Source: a virus (Duplodnaviria > Caudoviricetes). Taken from it: a stretch of DNA of 64,000 nucleotides. Below, in pieces: positions 17,570 to 25,691 of the stretch. Within the stretch, counting starts at the first letter, position 1, and each line of letters opens with the position of its first letter. The position numbers and the translations under genes are program-made. The DNA is taken from IMG/VR virus record IMGVR_UViG_3300015606_001334, positions 128,001 to 192,000 of that record; one strand, 5' to 3'. Under the pieces are notes generated by a model. That model was not told the origin of the DNA, did no database searches, and was given only the letters and a program-made list of their open reading frames with translations.

Positions 17570-17644
17570 GATAAACAAAGGAGTGGAAATTGGGGATTGG
17601 ATCAAAGTGGAAGTTTGAGATAACCAATTTCCTTTCGGTTTATC
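17570..17644 (-). ncRNA. minimal Y-RNA-like RNA with pyrimidine-rich loop
   Basis: GATAAAC-C-G / CTTTGTTTATC, GGAAATTGG/CCAATTTCC, GTTATC. Confidence 0.8.
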
Positions 17645-17735
17645 TGGCGGAGGCGGTGAGATTCGAACTCACGGACCTTTTTAGGGATCGGTAGTTTTCA
17701 AGACTACTGCGTTAAACCAGCTCTGCCACGCCTCC
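17645..17735 (-). tRNA. tRNA-Ser(TGA)
   Basis: Loop CTTGAAA, long variable arm, G-CCA. Confidence 0.95.
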
Positions 17736-18068
17736 ATTTTTACGATTCCTCGACTTGTAAGTACTCAACTGTGAATCACAATTGCTACAGACAAATCTTA
17801 GATTTTCTAATCTATTGTCGTTGTTAACACCGTTGATGTGGCCAAGAATTAATGGCATAGGTTTCCCTTGCCATTCAGGACCAATTCCACAGCATGCGCA
17901 ACGATATTCGATTAACTTTCCATCTAATATTCGACTCTTTACATGATGTCTAGCGAGAGTCGAATTTTCAGAAAAAACTTCTTCATCCGTCTTTCTTATC
18001 GACCGATGATACTCTGTTAATCCTGGTTTCTTTCCTTTATTCCAAGGGACACTTCCTTTTGATGCCAT
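17712..18068 (-). CDS. HNH endonuclease
   Basis: CACCG...HINGVNNDNRLENLRFVCSNC. Confidence 0.85.
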   Translation of the reverse strand: MASKGSVPWNKGKKPGLTEYHRSIRKTDEEVFSENSTLARHHVKSRILDGKLIEYRCACCGIGPEWQGKPMPLILGHINGVNNDNRLENLRFVCSNCDSQLSTYKSRNRKNGGVAELV

Positions 18069-18128
18069 AATCTGCTAAAAGTTATTTCAACAGATGTATT
18101 TATTGCACCAGTTTGTGAAACAATAGGG

Positions 18129-18192
18129 AATCAAACAAAAAGCGATGATCGACGCTTTTCCAATAAGATAACCAATCATCAACGGTTTGATT
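18129..18192 (-). ncRNA. minimal (64 nt) Y-RNA-like RNA
   Basis: AATCAAAC-C-G / TTTTTGTTTGATT, GATGATTGG/TCGATCATC, GTTATC. Confidence 0.8.
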
Positions 18193-18283
18193 TGGCTCCG
18201 GCCTCAGGGATCGAACCTGATTGAAACCTTATGAGGGCCTCCTGGTTAACAGCCAGTTGCTCTACCAATTGAGCTACGCCGGA
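18193..18283 (-). tRNA. tRNA-Asn(GTT) with extra CAT-loop arm
   Basis: Loop CTGTTAA; variable arm GGCC-CTCATAA-GGTT. Confidence 0.85.
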
Positions 18284-18290
18284 ATTGTAA

Positions 18291-18400
18291 ACTAACAAAA
18301 ATAGATATCGAGTAATGCGGCACCCAGCTTCCAAATCGGGAATCGAACCCAATCCTTCGTTTTTTCCATAAAAAGAGATAACCGATATCAAGCGGTTAGT
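18291..18400 (-). ncRNA. YrlA-like Y RNA
   Basis: ACTAAC-C-G / TTTTTGTTAGT, GGTTATC, T-arm TTGGG-TTCGATT-CCCGA. Confidence 0.8.
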
Positions 18401-18476
18401 TGGTTGCGGGAGTTGGACTTGCACCAACCTTGGCCAGCTTATGAGACTGGTGATGAACTTTCTCCTCTATCCCGCA
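18401..18476 (-). tRNA. atypical tRNA-Met/Ile2(CAT)
   Basis: Loop CTCATAA, T-loop TGCAAGT. Confidence 0.75.
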
Positions 18477-18483
18477 ATCAAAA

Positions 18484-18599
18484 GATAAACAAAACTAGTA
18501 ATCGATGAACCTCTTTCGAGGGTGAAGGGCTTGAACCTTCTAACTTGTGGATGATTAGTCCTCTCGTATTATCCGATAACCAATTACTCACGGTTTATC
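18484..18599 (-). ncRNA. Y-RNA-like RNA with T-arm; paralogue of 749-873
   Basis: Same helix and GAGGACTAAT...TCCAC segment. Confidence 0.8.
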
Positions 18600-18982
18600 A
18601 ATTACTTCTTCCTTTTCCTCCTTTAGCTGACATATTCCTATGCCATTCTTTGAACTCTTCAGGAGAAAGAGAATTCTTCATTTTTGTTATGTATGAAATT
18701 CGTTTATTCTGACGATAATCATCTCTCAAATTATCTGAGTATGTTCCCCAATACAAATGATTTGGATTTGAGCATTTACCATTTCCACAGCCATGACAAC
18801 AAATAACTTTCTTACCTGTCGGTATTGTGGTTTTAAGATGGTGTGCTAATAACCCTCTAAATTCTACAGAGCTATATCCACCAATTTCAATACAAGGCTC
18901 GTCAAGTTTAAGGTGCTTCTGTCTATCTTCTACAGGAAGCTCAATATACTCAAGAATTTCTACGAAACTGGTAGGAGACATG
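18598..18982 (-). CDS. HNH-type (Zn-binding) homing endonuclease
   Basis: CCHGCGNGKCSNPNHLYWGT..DN; nearest ATG lies inside tRNA-Lys. Confidence 0.7.
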
Positions 18983-19043
18983 GGACTCGAACCCACAACC
19001 TCGACATTAAAAGTGTCTTGCTCTACCATTGAGCTAATCTCCC
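18969..19043 (-). tRNA. tRNA-Lys(TTT)
   Basis: Loop CTTTTAA. Confidence 0.92.
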
Positions 19044-19055
19044 ATTAAATGAATC

Positions 19056-19130
19056 TGGTGGTCGATGCTGGATTTGAACCAGCGACCTATCGCTTATCAA
19101 GCGAGTGCTCTACCACTGAGCTAATCGACC
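19056..19130 (-). tRNA. tRNA-Ile(GAT)
   Basis: Loop TTGATAA. Confidence 0.95.
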
Positions 19131-19169
19131 AGCAGGAATGACTGCAATCATTCCTTTACTACTATGTAC

Positions 19170-19298
19170 CGGTGCAGTCTGAAGGAATCGAACCTCCGTC
19201 TTCGCCTTGTAATGGATAACCATTTTCAAGCGGTTCATTTTCATGAACAAATTCAGAAAACGATGTTTATCGCTGTTCTACCACTGAACTAAGACTGC
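19170..19298 (-). ncRNA. tRNA-Val(TAC)-like body with Y-RNA-like module
   Basis: TTTGTTCAT-GAAA-ATGAAC-C-G...GGTTATC, then CC-ATTACAA-GG; ends A-CCG. Confidence 0.8.
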
Positions 19299-19353
19299 AA
19301 AAATGAATCTGGCCTAAATACCATTAGGTTGGTACAACTTTACCGCAGATTCA

Positions 19354-19482
19354 AGGTGGAGAGTAGAGGATTCGAACCTCTGACCACGTGCTTAACAGGC
19401 AGATAACCAATTTCGGCCGGTTTGAGCAAACAAACAAAGAGTGAAATCGACATTTACGTGCTCTACCACTGAGCTAACTCCC
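19354..19482 (-). ncRNA. tRNA(GTT)-like body with Y-RNA-like module in anticodon stem
   Basis: ACG-[insert ending GGTTATC]-TGC-CTGTTAA-GCACGT; ends A-CCT. Confidence 0.8.
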
Positions 19483-19563
19483 CAACAAAATCAGCAAGAT
19501 GACACCACTTGGTATACGTGGCTAATTAAGCATTATGTCCCCACAAATGCTCATCTTCGCTGA

Positions 19564-19639
19564 AGGTCCGCCGCGAGGGATTTGCACCCACTACCTGAGG
19601 TTTATGAGACCTCTGCTCCTCTACTCAAGCTGCCGGCGG
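19564..19639 (-). tRNA. atypical tRNA-Met/Ile2(CAT)
   Basis: GAGGT-CTCATAA-ACCTC; T-loop TGCAAAT; no CCA. Confidence 0.7.
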
Positions 19640-19921
19640 ATCGATGAGCTTCATAATCAAACCTACCAACTTTACGGGAAGGAGGGTTGAATGTCTTCCA
19701 GTTGCCTCGCGGCAAGTTGGTTCTTCCAGACTTCTGAAGCTCATTGATAACGATATCAGAGACTTGATCGTTAGTTAAGAGATTTTCACTGAAGCTTGTC
19801 TTTCGACTGCTACGAGCTCCGAGTACTCTTATCTGATTTGGCTTTTCCGAATTGTTAAAGAATCAACTACTTACTGAAGAATTTGAATTGTATCTCATTC
19901 ATCAGCTTTTGTAAACTGCTA

Positions 19922-20103
19922 AATTTGTTTTGTTCTGACTGCTGGACTCGAACCAGCACTACGTTCCTGGCCGCAGCCAGTGCATTACCAGTTATGCTAC
20001 TCGGGGCGGACCCCAAGGTTGGATTCGAACCAACATTTGAACAACCGCAGAATCAAAGATGCGGCGCGTCTACCAATTTCGCCAAGTCAGAACAAAACAA
20101 ATT
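19922..20103 (-). ncRNA. double-elbow fused tRNA mimic
   Basis: D1-AC1-T1-hairpin-D2-AC2-T2 closed by a 19-bp perfect helix. Confidence 0.8.
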
Positions 20104-20113
20104 GTTAAAGAAC

Positions 20114-20217
20114 AACAACTTAGGTGAGGCGTCTAGGATTCGAACCTAGGAAGTAAACCCTCATTCGTGGATGGCGAACCTGACCCGCCATTATAACCAC
20201 GCCTCAACTAAGTTGTT
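20114..20217 (-). ncRNA. tRNA-like RNA with sealed, extended acceptor stem
   Basis: T-arm CTAGG-TTCGAAT-CCTAG; AACAACTTAG.TGAGGCG / CGCCTCA.CTAAGTTGTT. Confidence 0.65.
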
Positions 20218-20244
20218 TAAAGATCGTTTGCTGCAAGTGAAGTT

Positions 20245-20277
20245 GAATTATATCTTCAACTTCAGGTTTTGTAAACT
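20245..20277 (-). promoter_or_regulatory. early promoter
   Basis: GTTTACA...TATAAT. Confidence 0.75.
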
Positions 20278-20313
20278 GTTTCTTCAACAAATTTTCAAAA
20301 CCTTTACTACATT

Positions 20314-20399
20314 TGGCGGAGACGGTGGGAATCGAACCCACTGAACCTTTCGGTCCTACACCTTAGCAGGGTGCTGCATTACCGGCCTGCCCCGTCTCC
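20314..20399 (-). tRNA. tRNA-Ser(GCT)
   Basis: Loop CTGCTAA, variable arm, G-CCA. Confidence 0.92.
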
Positions 20400-21055
20400 A
20401 ATTTTCTTCCTGCTTTCCAACCTTGATTTTCCCAAGATTGAAGTTCATCTTTCTTTATCTTCTTCGCTTCGGAACCATTGTTTATCCAACAAGTACCAAA
20501 TTGAGAATTCTTTTCACCTCTTACTGCTTCCTTCATCGAAGAACTAATTTTTATCTTAGTTTCCTCTTTATGGGTTTTTCCTGTCCAATCTCCAGAAGGA
20601 ACCTTCCCATACTTTTTCATCTTACCTTCTATGCCACGACGATGCCGCTCTTTTGCGGCCTCTGATCCTTTACTAAATATCTCAGCTCTTTTACTTCCAC
20701 CAGCTGAAGACCTAGCGATTTGAATCCTGTTTCGCTCTACATCATCTGAATTGATATGATCCCAACCACCTTCTCCACCAAACTTCAAGTTCATGCAGAG
20801 CGGGTGTTTCAACATCTCCTCGTTTACTACTTCAGCTTCTCTCTTCTTGAGTTCTTCTCTTGAAGGTAGAAACTCTAAAATCTCAAACTTGTGGTTTTCC
20901 AACCCATATTTCCGGATCGAATAACCTAACCTCTTTCCACTTCCTACATAACCATCTTCCAAGTTATCCGTTGAGTGCATCCCAACGTAGAACTTTTCAT
21001 TCAGAAGATTTGTGGTCCTATAAATGAAGTGGTACTTCTTTTGTTTCCTTGGCAT
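20363..21055 (-). CDS. GIY-YIG homing endonuclease, paralogue of 4459-5124
   Basis: FIYRTTNLLNEKFYVGMHSTDNL; GKTHKEETK; TATAAATA upstream. Confidence 0.9.
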   Translation of the reverse strand: MPRKQKKYHFIYRTTNLLNEKFYVGMHSTDNLEDGYVGSGKRLGYSIRKYGLENHKFEILEFLPSREELKKREAEVVNEEMLKHPLCMNLKFGGEGGWDHINSDDVERNRIQIARSSAGGSKRAEIFSKGSEAAKERHRRGIEGKMKKYGKVPSGDWTGKTHKEETKIKISSSMKEAVRGEKNSQFGTCWINNGSEAKKIKKDELQSWENQGWKAGRKLETGQAGNAAPC

Positions 21056-21115
21056 TCATTTTGCTCCAAACTCCTATAAGTTTATTTATAGAAGGAGGAA
21101 CAAAATGTTACCGGG

Positions 21116-21198
21116 CGGAGAGTAAGGGACTCGAACCCTTAAGACGTTTCCGTCGCTACCTTTCCAGGGTAGTGCCATACCAATTAGGCGAACTCTCC
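21116..21198 (-). tRNA. tRNA-Ser(GGA), CCA not encoded
   Basis: Loop CTGGAAA; 3' end G-CCCGG. Confidence 0.92.
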
Positions 21199-21249
21199 AA
21201 CAAAGTAAGATGAATTATAAACTAAACTTCTTACTTCGTAAACTACTTT

Positions 21250-21441
21250 TTAAATCTTTCCAAACCGTGATTTGAAATCTCCCAAACAACGATCTGCCCA
21301 ACGAGTGGCTGCATCAGCATTGGTGCAATTGTCAGCTCTTGCAACATTGATCCACGCTTGTAGCCAAACATGTTCTTCTTTTGAAAGAACCGGAATCTGA
21401 ACTTGTGGTTCATTCTTTTCCAATCGGATACCTTCTGTCAT
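21250..21441 (-). CDS. hypothetical protein
   Basis: ORF with RBS and early promoter. Confidence 0.65.
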   Translation of the reverse strand: MTEGIRLEKNEPQVQIPVLSKEEHVWLQAWINVARADNCTNADAATRWADRCLGDFKSRFGKI

Positions 21442-21747
21442 CTTGAACTTCCCTTAAAGAAAGAGAAATTTTATATCAATGCTGCACTTTTGTAAACTAT
21501 AAAACAATTTTGGGAATCTTTTTACGGATTCCCAAATCTAAACTATTCAAACGAAACGTGCGTTGTAACTTAGACTGGGAATTCTCCACCTCTATATCCA
21601 TATGATTTGGACACGAGCAGAGACTTGGCATTATTTGCCAAGGTTGTGCTAATGTTTAAAATCGAAGATATAGAAGACATGATTCCTCAGGGTTAAAAGT
21701 TAAGTTGCTATAATTCTATATATAGTTTCGGTCAGAATTTTTGTTTT

Positions 21748-22314
21748 TCAATACACTTCATGTTTTTTGGAGTCGATATCGAACTCACCGGCAATCGCCT
21801 TGATAGAAGGCTTGTCAACCTTGCTCTTATGGTCGACATACATCTTTACCTTACCGTATTCACCAGTGATGTCAAGATACCAGTCGTGGAACATATCAGA
21901 AAGTTCAATGATGTCCTCAGAAGCCTTCTTCAACCCATCAATAAATTGCTGCTCACTATGAGGCTGGATTTTGGTAGCTCTATAAGTTTTGATCGCGGTA
22001 GGAAGCGTGTTGCCACCACCAATTGCAAAAGCGTCTGATATTGAAAACTGAATTTCGAAGCTTAGTACTTCATCGCCTGAATTTTGACCTGCATTGATTT
22101 GTACTTCAAGCATGATGTCAAGGACTTTGTTTGAAAACACTACGCCTAGGTATGTTTCATCGTCAGGCTCGGCCATGAAGTCAACGATCTTGTAGCCCTT
22201 CTTGTCAAGATCATTTTCAAAGTCGACGATTGCTTCACCGATCTCGTCTCTGAATTTCTCAAGATATTCGAAATCGATCTGTTGTTTGTTCTCTGTTAAT
22301 TGTGTTAGTTTCAT
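21748..22314 (-). CDS. paralogous family protein 1 (putative virion-internal)
   Basis: Shares F.(D/E)WY.D..G..GKVK motif with the next two ORFs. Confidence 0.75.
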   Translation of the reverse strand: MKLTQLTENKQQIDFEYLEKFRDEIGEAIVDFENDLDKKGYKIVDFMAEPDDETYLGVVFSNKVLDIMLEVQINAGQNSGDEVLSFEIQFSISDAFAIGGGNTLPTAIKTYRATKIQPHSEQQFIDGLKKASEDIIELSDMFHDWYLDITGEYGKVKMYVDHKSKVDKPSIKAIAGEFDIDSKKHEVY

Positions 22315-22895
22315 TAGAATACTCTCTTTTCAGTTTCTTTTGAGCTGGAATCTGAAGGATCTCGATCCGCGCAGAAATCTCCAGCTATTGCGACGAAACG
22401 ATTCTCTCCGCCTCGTGAATAACCTTCTACCGTGCTTCCTTGTACTTTTAGAAGCTTCACCTTACCATATTCACCAGACATATCGAAGTACCATTCAACG
22501 AAGTCTTCTACGGTCTGTTGGAATCTACGAGATGTATTTGCTATTTCCTTTTCAGCGTTGGAGTCGTGCATAAACAAGTGGAAATTTACCAATAACCGGT
22601 CATCATCTCGATAGTTAGATCCTTTGATCATCAGTTTATCAATAACTTTGGTGTTCACCATAACCATGACATACGGATCGTCTTTACCAGAAACTGCAGC
22701 GAGAATTTCGGTTTCAAGCAGTCTATTTGAAAAGATGAATGAGGTTTGGTTTCCTTTATCTTCAGAACGAACAAAGCTAAACCCTTTTGTCAGAGCAGTG
22801 ATACCATCAGAAAACACACTGAACTTTTCGGTTGATAGCTTATCTTTGAACTCTGAGAAATCAGGAGAACCCTCTTTTAGAAATTCTAGTCTCAT
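22314..22895 (-). CDS. paralogous family protein 2
   Basis: FVEWYFDMSGEYGKVKL. Confidence 0.75.
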   Translation of the reverse strand: MRLEFLKEGSPDFSEFKDKLSTEKFSVFSDGITALTKGFSFVRSEDKGNQTSFIFSNRLLETEILAAVSGKDDPYVMVMVNTKVIDKLMIKGSNYRDDDRLLVNFHLFMHDSNAEKEIANTSRRFQQTVEDFVEWYFDMSGEYGKVKLLKVQGSTVEGYSRGGENRFVAIAGDFCADRDPSDSSSKETEKRVF

Positions 22896-23491
22896 GCTGT
22901 TCTCGCTACAGTGCTATCGCCGTTGACAAAGAACTGACCGAGATACGGTGTCCACTTCCAAAGATTGTTGCTATGACCAGCCTCAAGGTCTTCAGTGATC
23001 TTGATTAGCTTCACTTTTTTTCCTGCGTCGCCAGCAATATCGAAATACCATTCTTCAAAATCCTGAGCAATCTTAAGAATCCTGTCAACGTAATCAAACA
23101 TTCTTTCCTCGCGAACCATATCAAAGTCGCGTGAGAAAGTATTTGCTAAAGCGTACTTGTGAGTGTCATGCTCTTGCATCTTCTCATGACCGAACACAAT
23201 AGTGTGATTGACCATGGATGCAATTTCTACAGTAGGATAGTACGGATATTGCTCATTGTCGTTGAACGCTGTATCCTTTCCGAAGGAAAAATCGAAATCC
23301 ACTAAACCGTTTGACACATGAAAGAACATATCTTCAGCTGAAACGTCATTCAACGTGATCTTTGTGTATTTTTTGAACTTCTCTAGAAGCTTCTTGATCG
23401 CACTGACATGCTTTGGGTCTAAGTTATCAGTGAACTCAGAAACGTCAATATCTGCTAGAGTTTCTTCTTTTAGGAATGATTGTAGTTTCAT
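22892..23491 (-). CDS. paralogous family protein 3
   Basis: FEEWYFDIAGDAGKKVKL. Confidence 0.75.
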   Translation of the reverse strand: MKLQSFLKEETLADIDVSEFTDNLDPKHVSAIKKLLEKFKKYTKITLNDVSAEDMFFHVSNGLVDFDFSFGKDTAFNDNEQYPYYPTVEIASMVNHTIVFGHEKMQEHDTHKYALANTFSRDFDMVREERMFDYVDRILKIAQDFEEWYFDIAGDAGKKVKLIKITEDLEAGHSNNLWKWTPYLGQFFVNGDSTVARTA

Positions 23492-23492
23492 T

Positions 23493-24143
23493 TTAGTGAT
23501 GATGTAAATTTTTGAAGATCAACGCACCATACATGGCTTCGTCGTGGAATTTATAATCGCTCTCGTCGAGATCTCTGTCATCGTCATAGCTAGTATCTCT
23601 ACTCATCCATTTGTTACGTGCTCTACGCCAGAGGTAAGCATCAGTGTCACCGTCAACATCACCGTCATCCCAACTAACAGGTTTACGGTCACCAATTCGT
23701 TTGTATTTAAACAGCTCGGTGTCGTTGAATTGAGCGAATACTTTTTCACCTTCTTCTTTTGTCAGCTCAAACTTTGAGCCTCTGAAAGTAATTATGAACA
23801 TTCCTGGCTTGGTTGACTTTCTCACCACGATTTCTGGATTATTTGGCGGGATGTAAGCTTCTTCCCAATTACCGTCAAATCCAGCGACGAACAGCTCAAC
23901 CTTTTCTTTTTCGGCAAAATCGAGTATTTCAGAAGCATCAGCGAGACGTTTACCGAATTCGTCGAAAAGAGACGACTTTCCGTTCATGAACTCCCCTTTA
24001 TGGGCCTCCATTGTGCCATCACTGTAATCATAATCGATATCGTCTTCAATTTCTTTTCCAGCCTTGATCAGGAGGGAAAGAAGAGCATGTTCCTGCTGGA
24101 CAGAAGCATCTTCATTAATCGATAAAAGGGAAGAGATTTTCAT
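23493..24143 (-). CDS. hypothetical acidic protein, late
   Basis: ATAAATA boxes at 24178-24185. Confidence 0.7.
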   Translation of the reverse strand: MKISSLLSINEDASVQQEHALLSLLIKAGKEIEDDIDYDYSDGTMEAHKGEFMNGKSSLFDEFGKRLADASEILDFAEKEKVELFVAGFDGNWEEAYIPPNNPEIVVRKSTKPGMFIITFRGSKFELTKEEGEKVFAQFNDTELFKYKRIGDRKPVSWDDGDVDGDTDAYLWRRARNKWMSRDTSYDDDRDLDESDYKFHDEAMYGALIFKNLHHH

Positions 24144-24199
24144 AATTCCAAACAAAAGGAAAGGGTACTAATAGTGTTTATTTATTAGTACCCTTGAGA

Positions 24200-24532
24200 T
24201 TAGTCGTAGTAATACCACCACAGACCACAGATTTCGCGACGGCCGGTCATTTGAAGATTTTCTTCTTCGCCATTCTTCATGGCTTTGATGAGCTCTTGAC
24301 GATTCTTTGCACGAAGCATCCAGCGGCAATACCACTTCTTATGCTTGCCGCCAATCCAGTTCGGCGGAGTTTCACCATGATACCAAGCATTCTTTCTTGC
24401 GAGAATCTGCTCATCGGTAAGACCGTGATACTTTACATGACGGATGCGCTCTTGGAACCATTCCCAATCGATTTCATCCTCAATGTACTTACGCTTGTCC
24501 CAAGCGTTTTTGCGACGAATTGTACGAGACAT
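24200..24532 (-). CDS. hypothetical phage protein (MSRTIRRK type)
   Basis: GGAGG RBS. Confidence 0.7.
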   Translation of the reverse strand: MSRTIRRKNAWDKRKYIEDEIDWEWFQERIRHVKYHGLTDEQILARKNAWYHGETPPNWIGGKHKKWYCRWMLRAKNRQELIKAMKNGEEENLQMTGRREICGLWWYYYD

Positions 24533-25052
24533 TTGACACCTCCATTAAGTAGTTAAACTTAATAGGTGTCAAACTCCATGTAAAATTTGATCTTCATTTC
24601 ATTCAATCCCAAAATGTTGTTTCAATACTTTTGCCATCCATTCACCATAGAATGAATCGGCTTCTTCCATTACTCGACAACCTTCCGCGAGTAAGAGCTC
24701 AGCGAAAAGCTTTTTGTCGAACACCTGAATCGTGGCATCCCACTGACGTTCATGTGGAACTTCGACTGTTGCTTTACGAATGAGCTTGTCAATTACCTTA
24801 CTCACTTGCCCATTCTCCTTTATGACGAAGAGCATCCTCAATGGAGGTATATCCACCCACTTCAGAGCGACCAATCTTCACGGTACAGACCGAGTCGTCA
24901 TACTCACCGTTGATGTACAGCTCCTTCTCAATGAGGGTTGCCTTACCGACCTTGAGCTTGCGAGCAACTTTGATCTTTACCTTAGCCATCGAAATTCTCC
25001 TCAATCAACTTGAAGAGAATTCTATATCAAATTTCGATCAATGTAAACTGAT

Positions 25053-25691
25053 TTATTCAGAGATGTACGATCTGAAGTTCTTAAGCATGCTTTGAATCTC
25101 GGTCTTAGCACTGTTACCAGCCCACGCAAAGGCAAACTTGAACCAATCCTTTGAGAACTTCGGCATTTCATTTCCAAAAACTGATTGGTAAATTTGATAG
25201 TGAGCGGTGTCTCCACTCAGAACTTTAGTGAATGGGATCTCATTGAACTCAAGCATTCGAATGATCGAAGCATCGATTTCACGGGCTTCTTCTTCATTCT
25301 GATTGCGACCAGTCGGGTCGTATGGATGATTACGCTCAATGAAGAAATTGTGGTTCTCGTAAGTACCCCACAGTTCGAAAATCAGATCTTCGAAAGTATT
25401 TGGCAGATAATCAGGCGTCTTGTAATGGATACCCAAGAGGATTGGAGAGTCCGAAACTACCCATTCAACTTGATCCTTAAGACGATCTAGACGACGGTTC
25501 TGGTTAGCAAGAACAAACAATTGATCAGAAAGAGCGCTGAAATTCTTTTCCCAAGTCTTATCCTTGGCGAACTCAGTTACTTCCTCGACATCCTTCTGAT
25601 TCTTCTTCATGAGACCAAAAAGGTCTGCACGAAGAGTAGATTTGCCAGCCCCAGGGCCAGCGAATAGGTTAATGACTTTCAACTTTGCCAT
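25053..25691 (-). CDS. P-loop NTPase/kinase (NadR-kinase/AAA_28-like)
   Basis: INLFAGPGAGKST, VSDSP, GRNQ. Confidence 0.8.
   Translation of the reverse strand: MAKLKVINLFAGPGAGKSTLRADLFGLMKKNQKDVEEVTEFAKDKTWEKNFSALSDQLFVLANQNRRLDRLKDQVEWVVSDSPILLGIHYKTPDYLPNTFEDLIFELWGTYENHNFFIERNHPYDPTGRNQNEEEAREIDASIIRMLEFNEIPFTKVLSGDTAHYQIYQSVFGNEMPKFSKDWFKFAFAWAGNSAKTEIQSMLKNFRSYISE

Noticed and set aside
318-19482. CRISPR array formed by the recurring GATAACC motif
   Set aside because: Spacing is irregular, sequence varies while pairing is conserved, and no cas genes are present.
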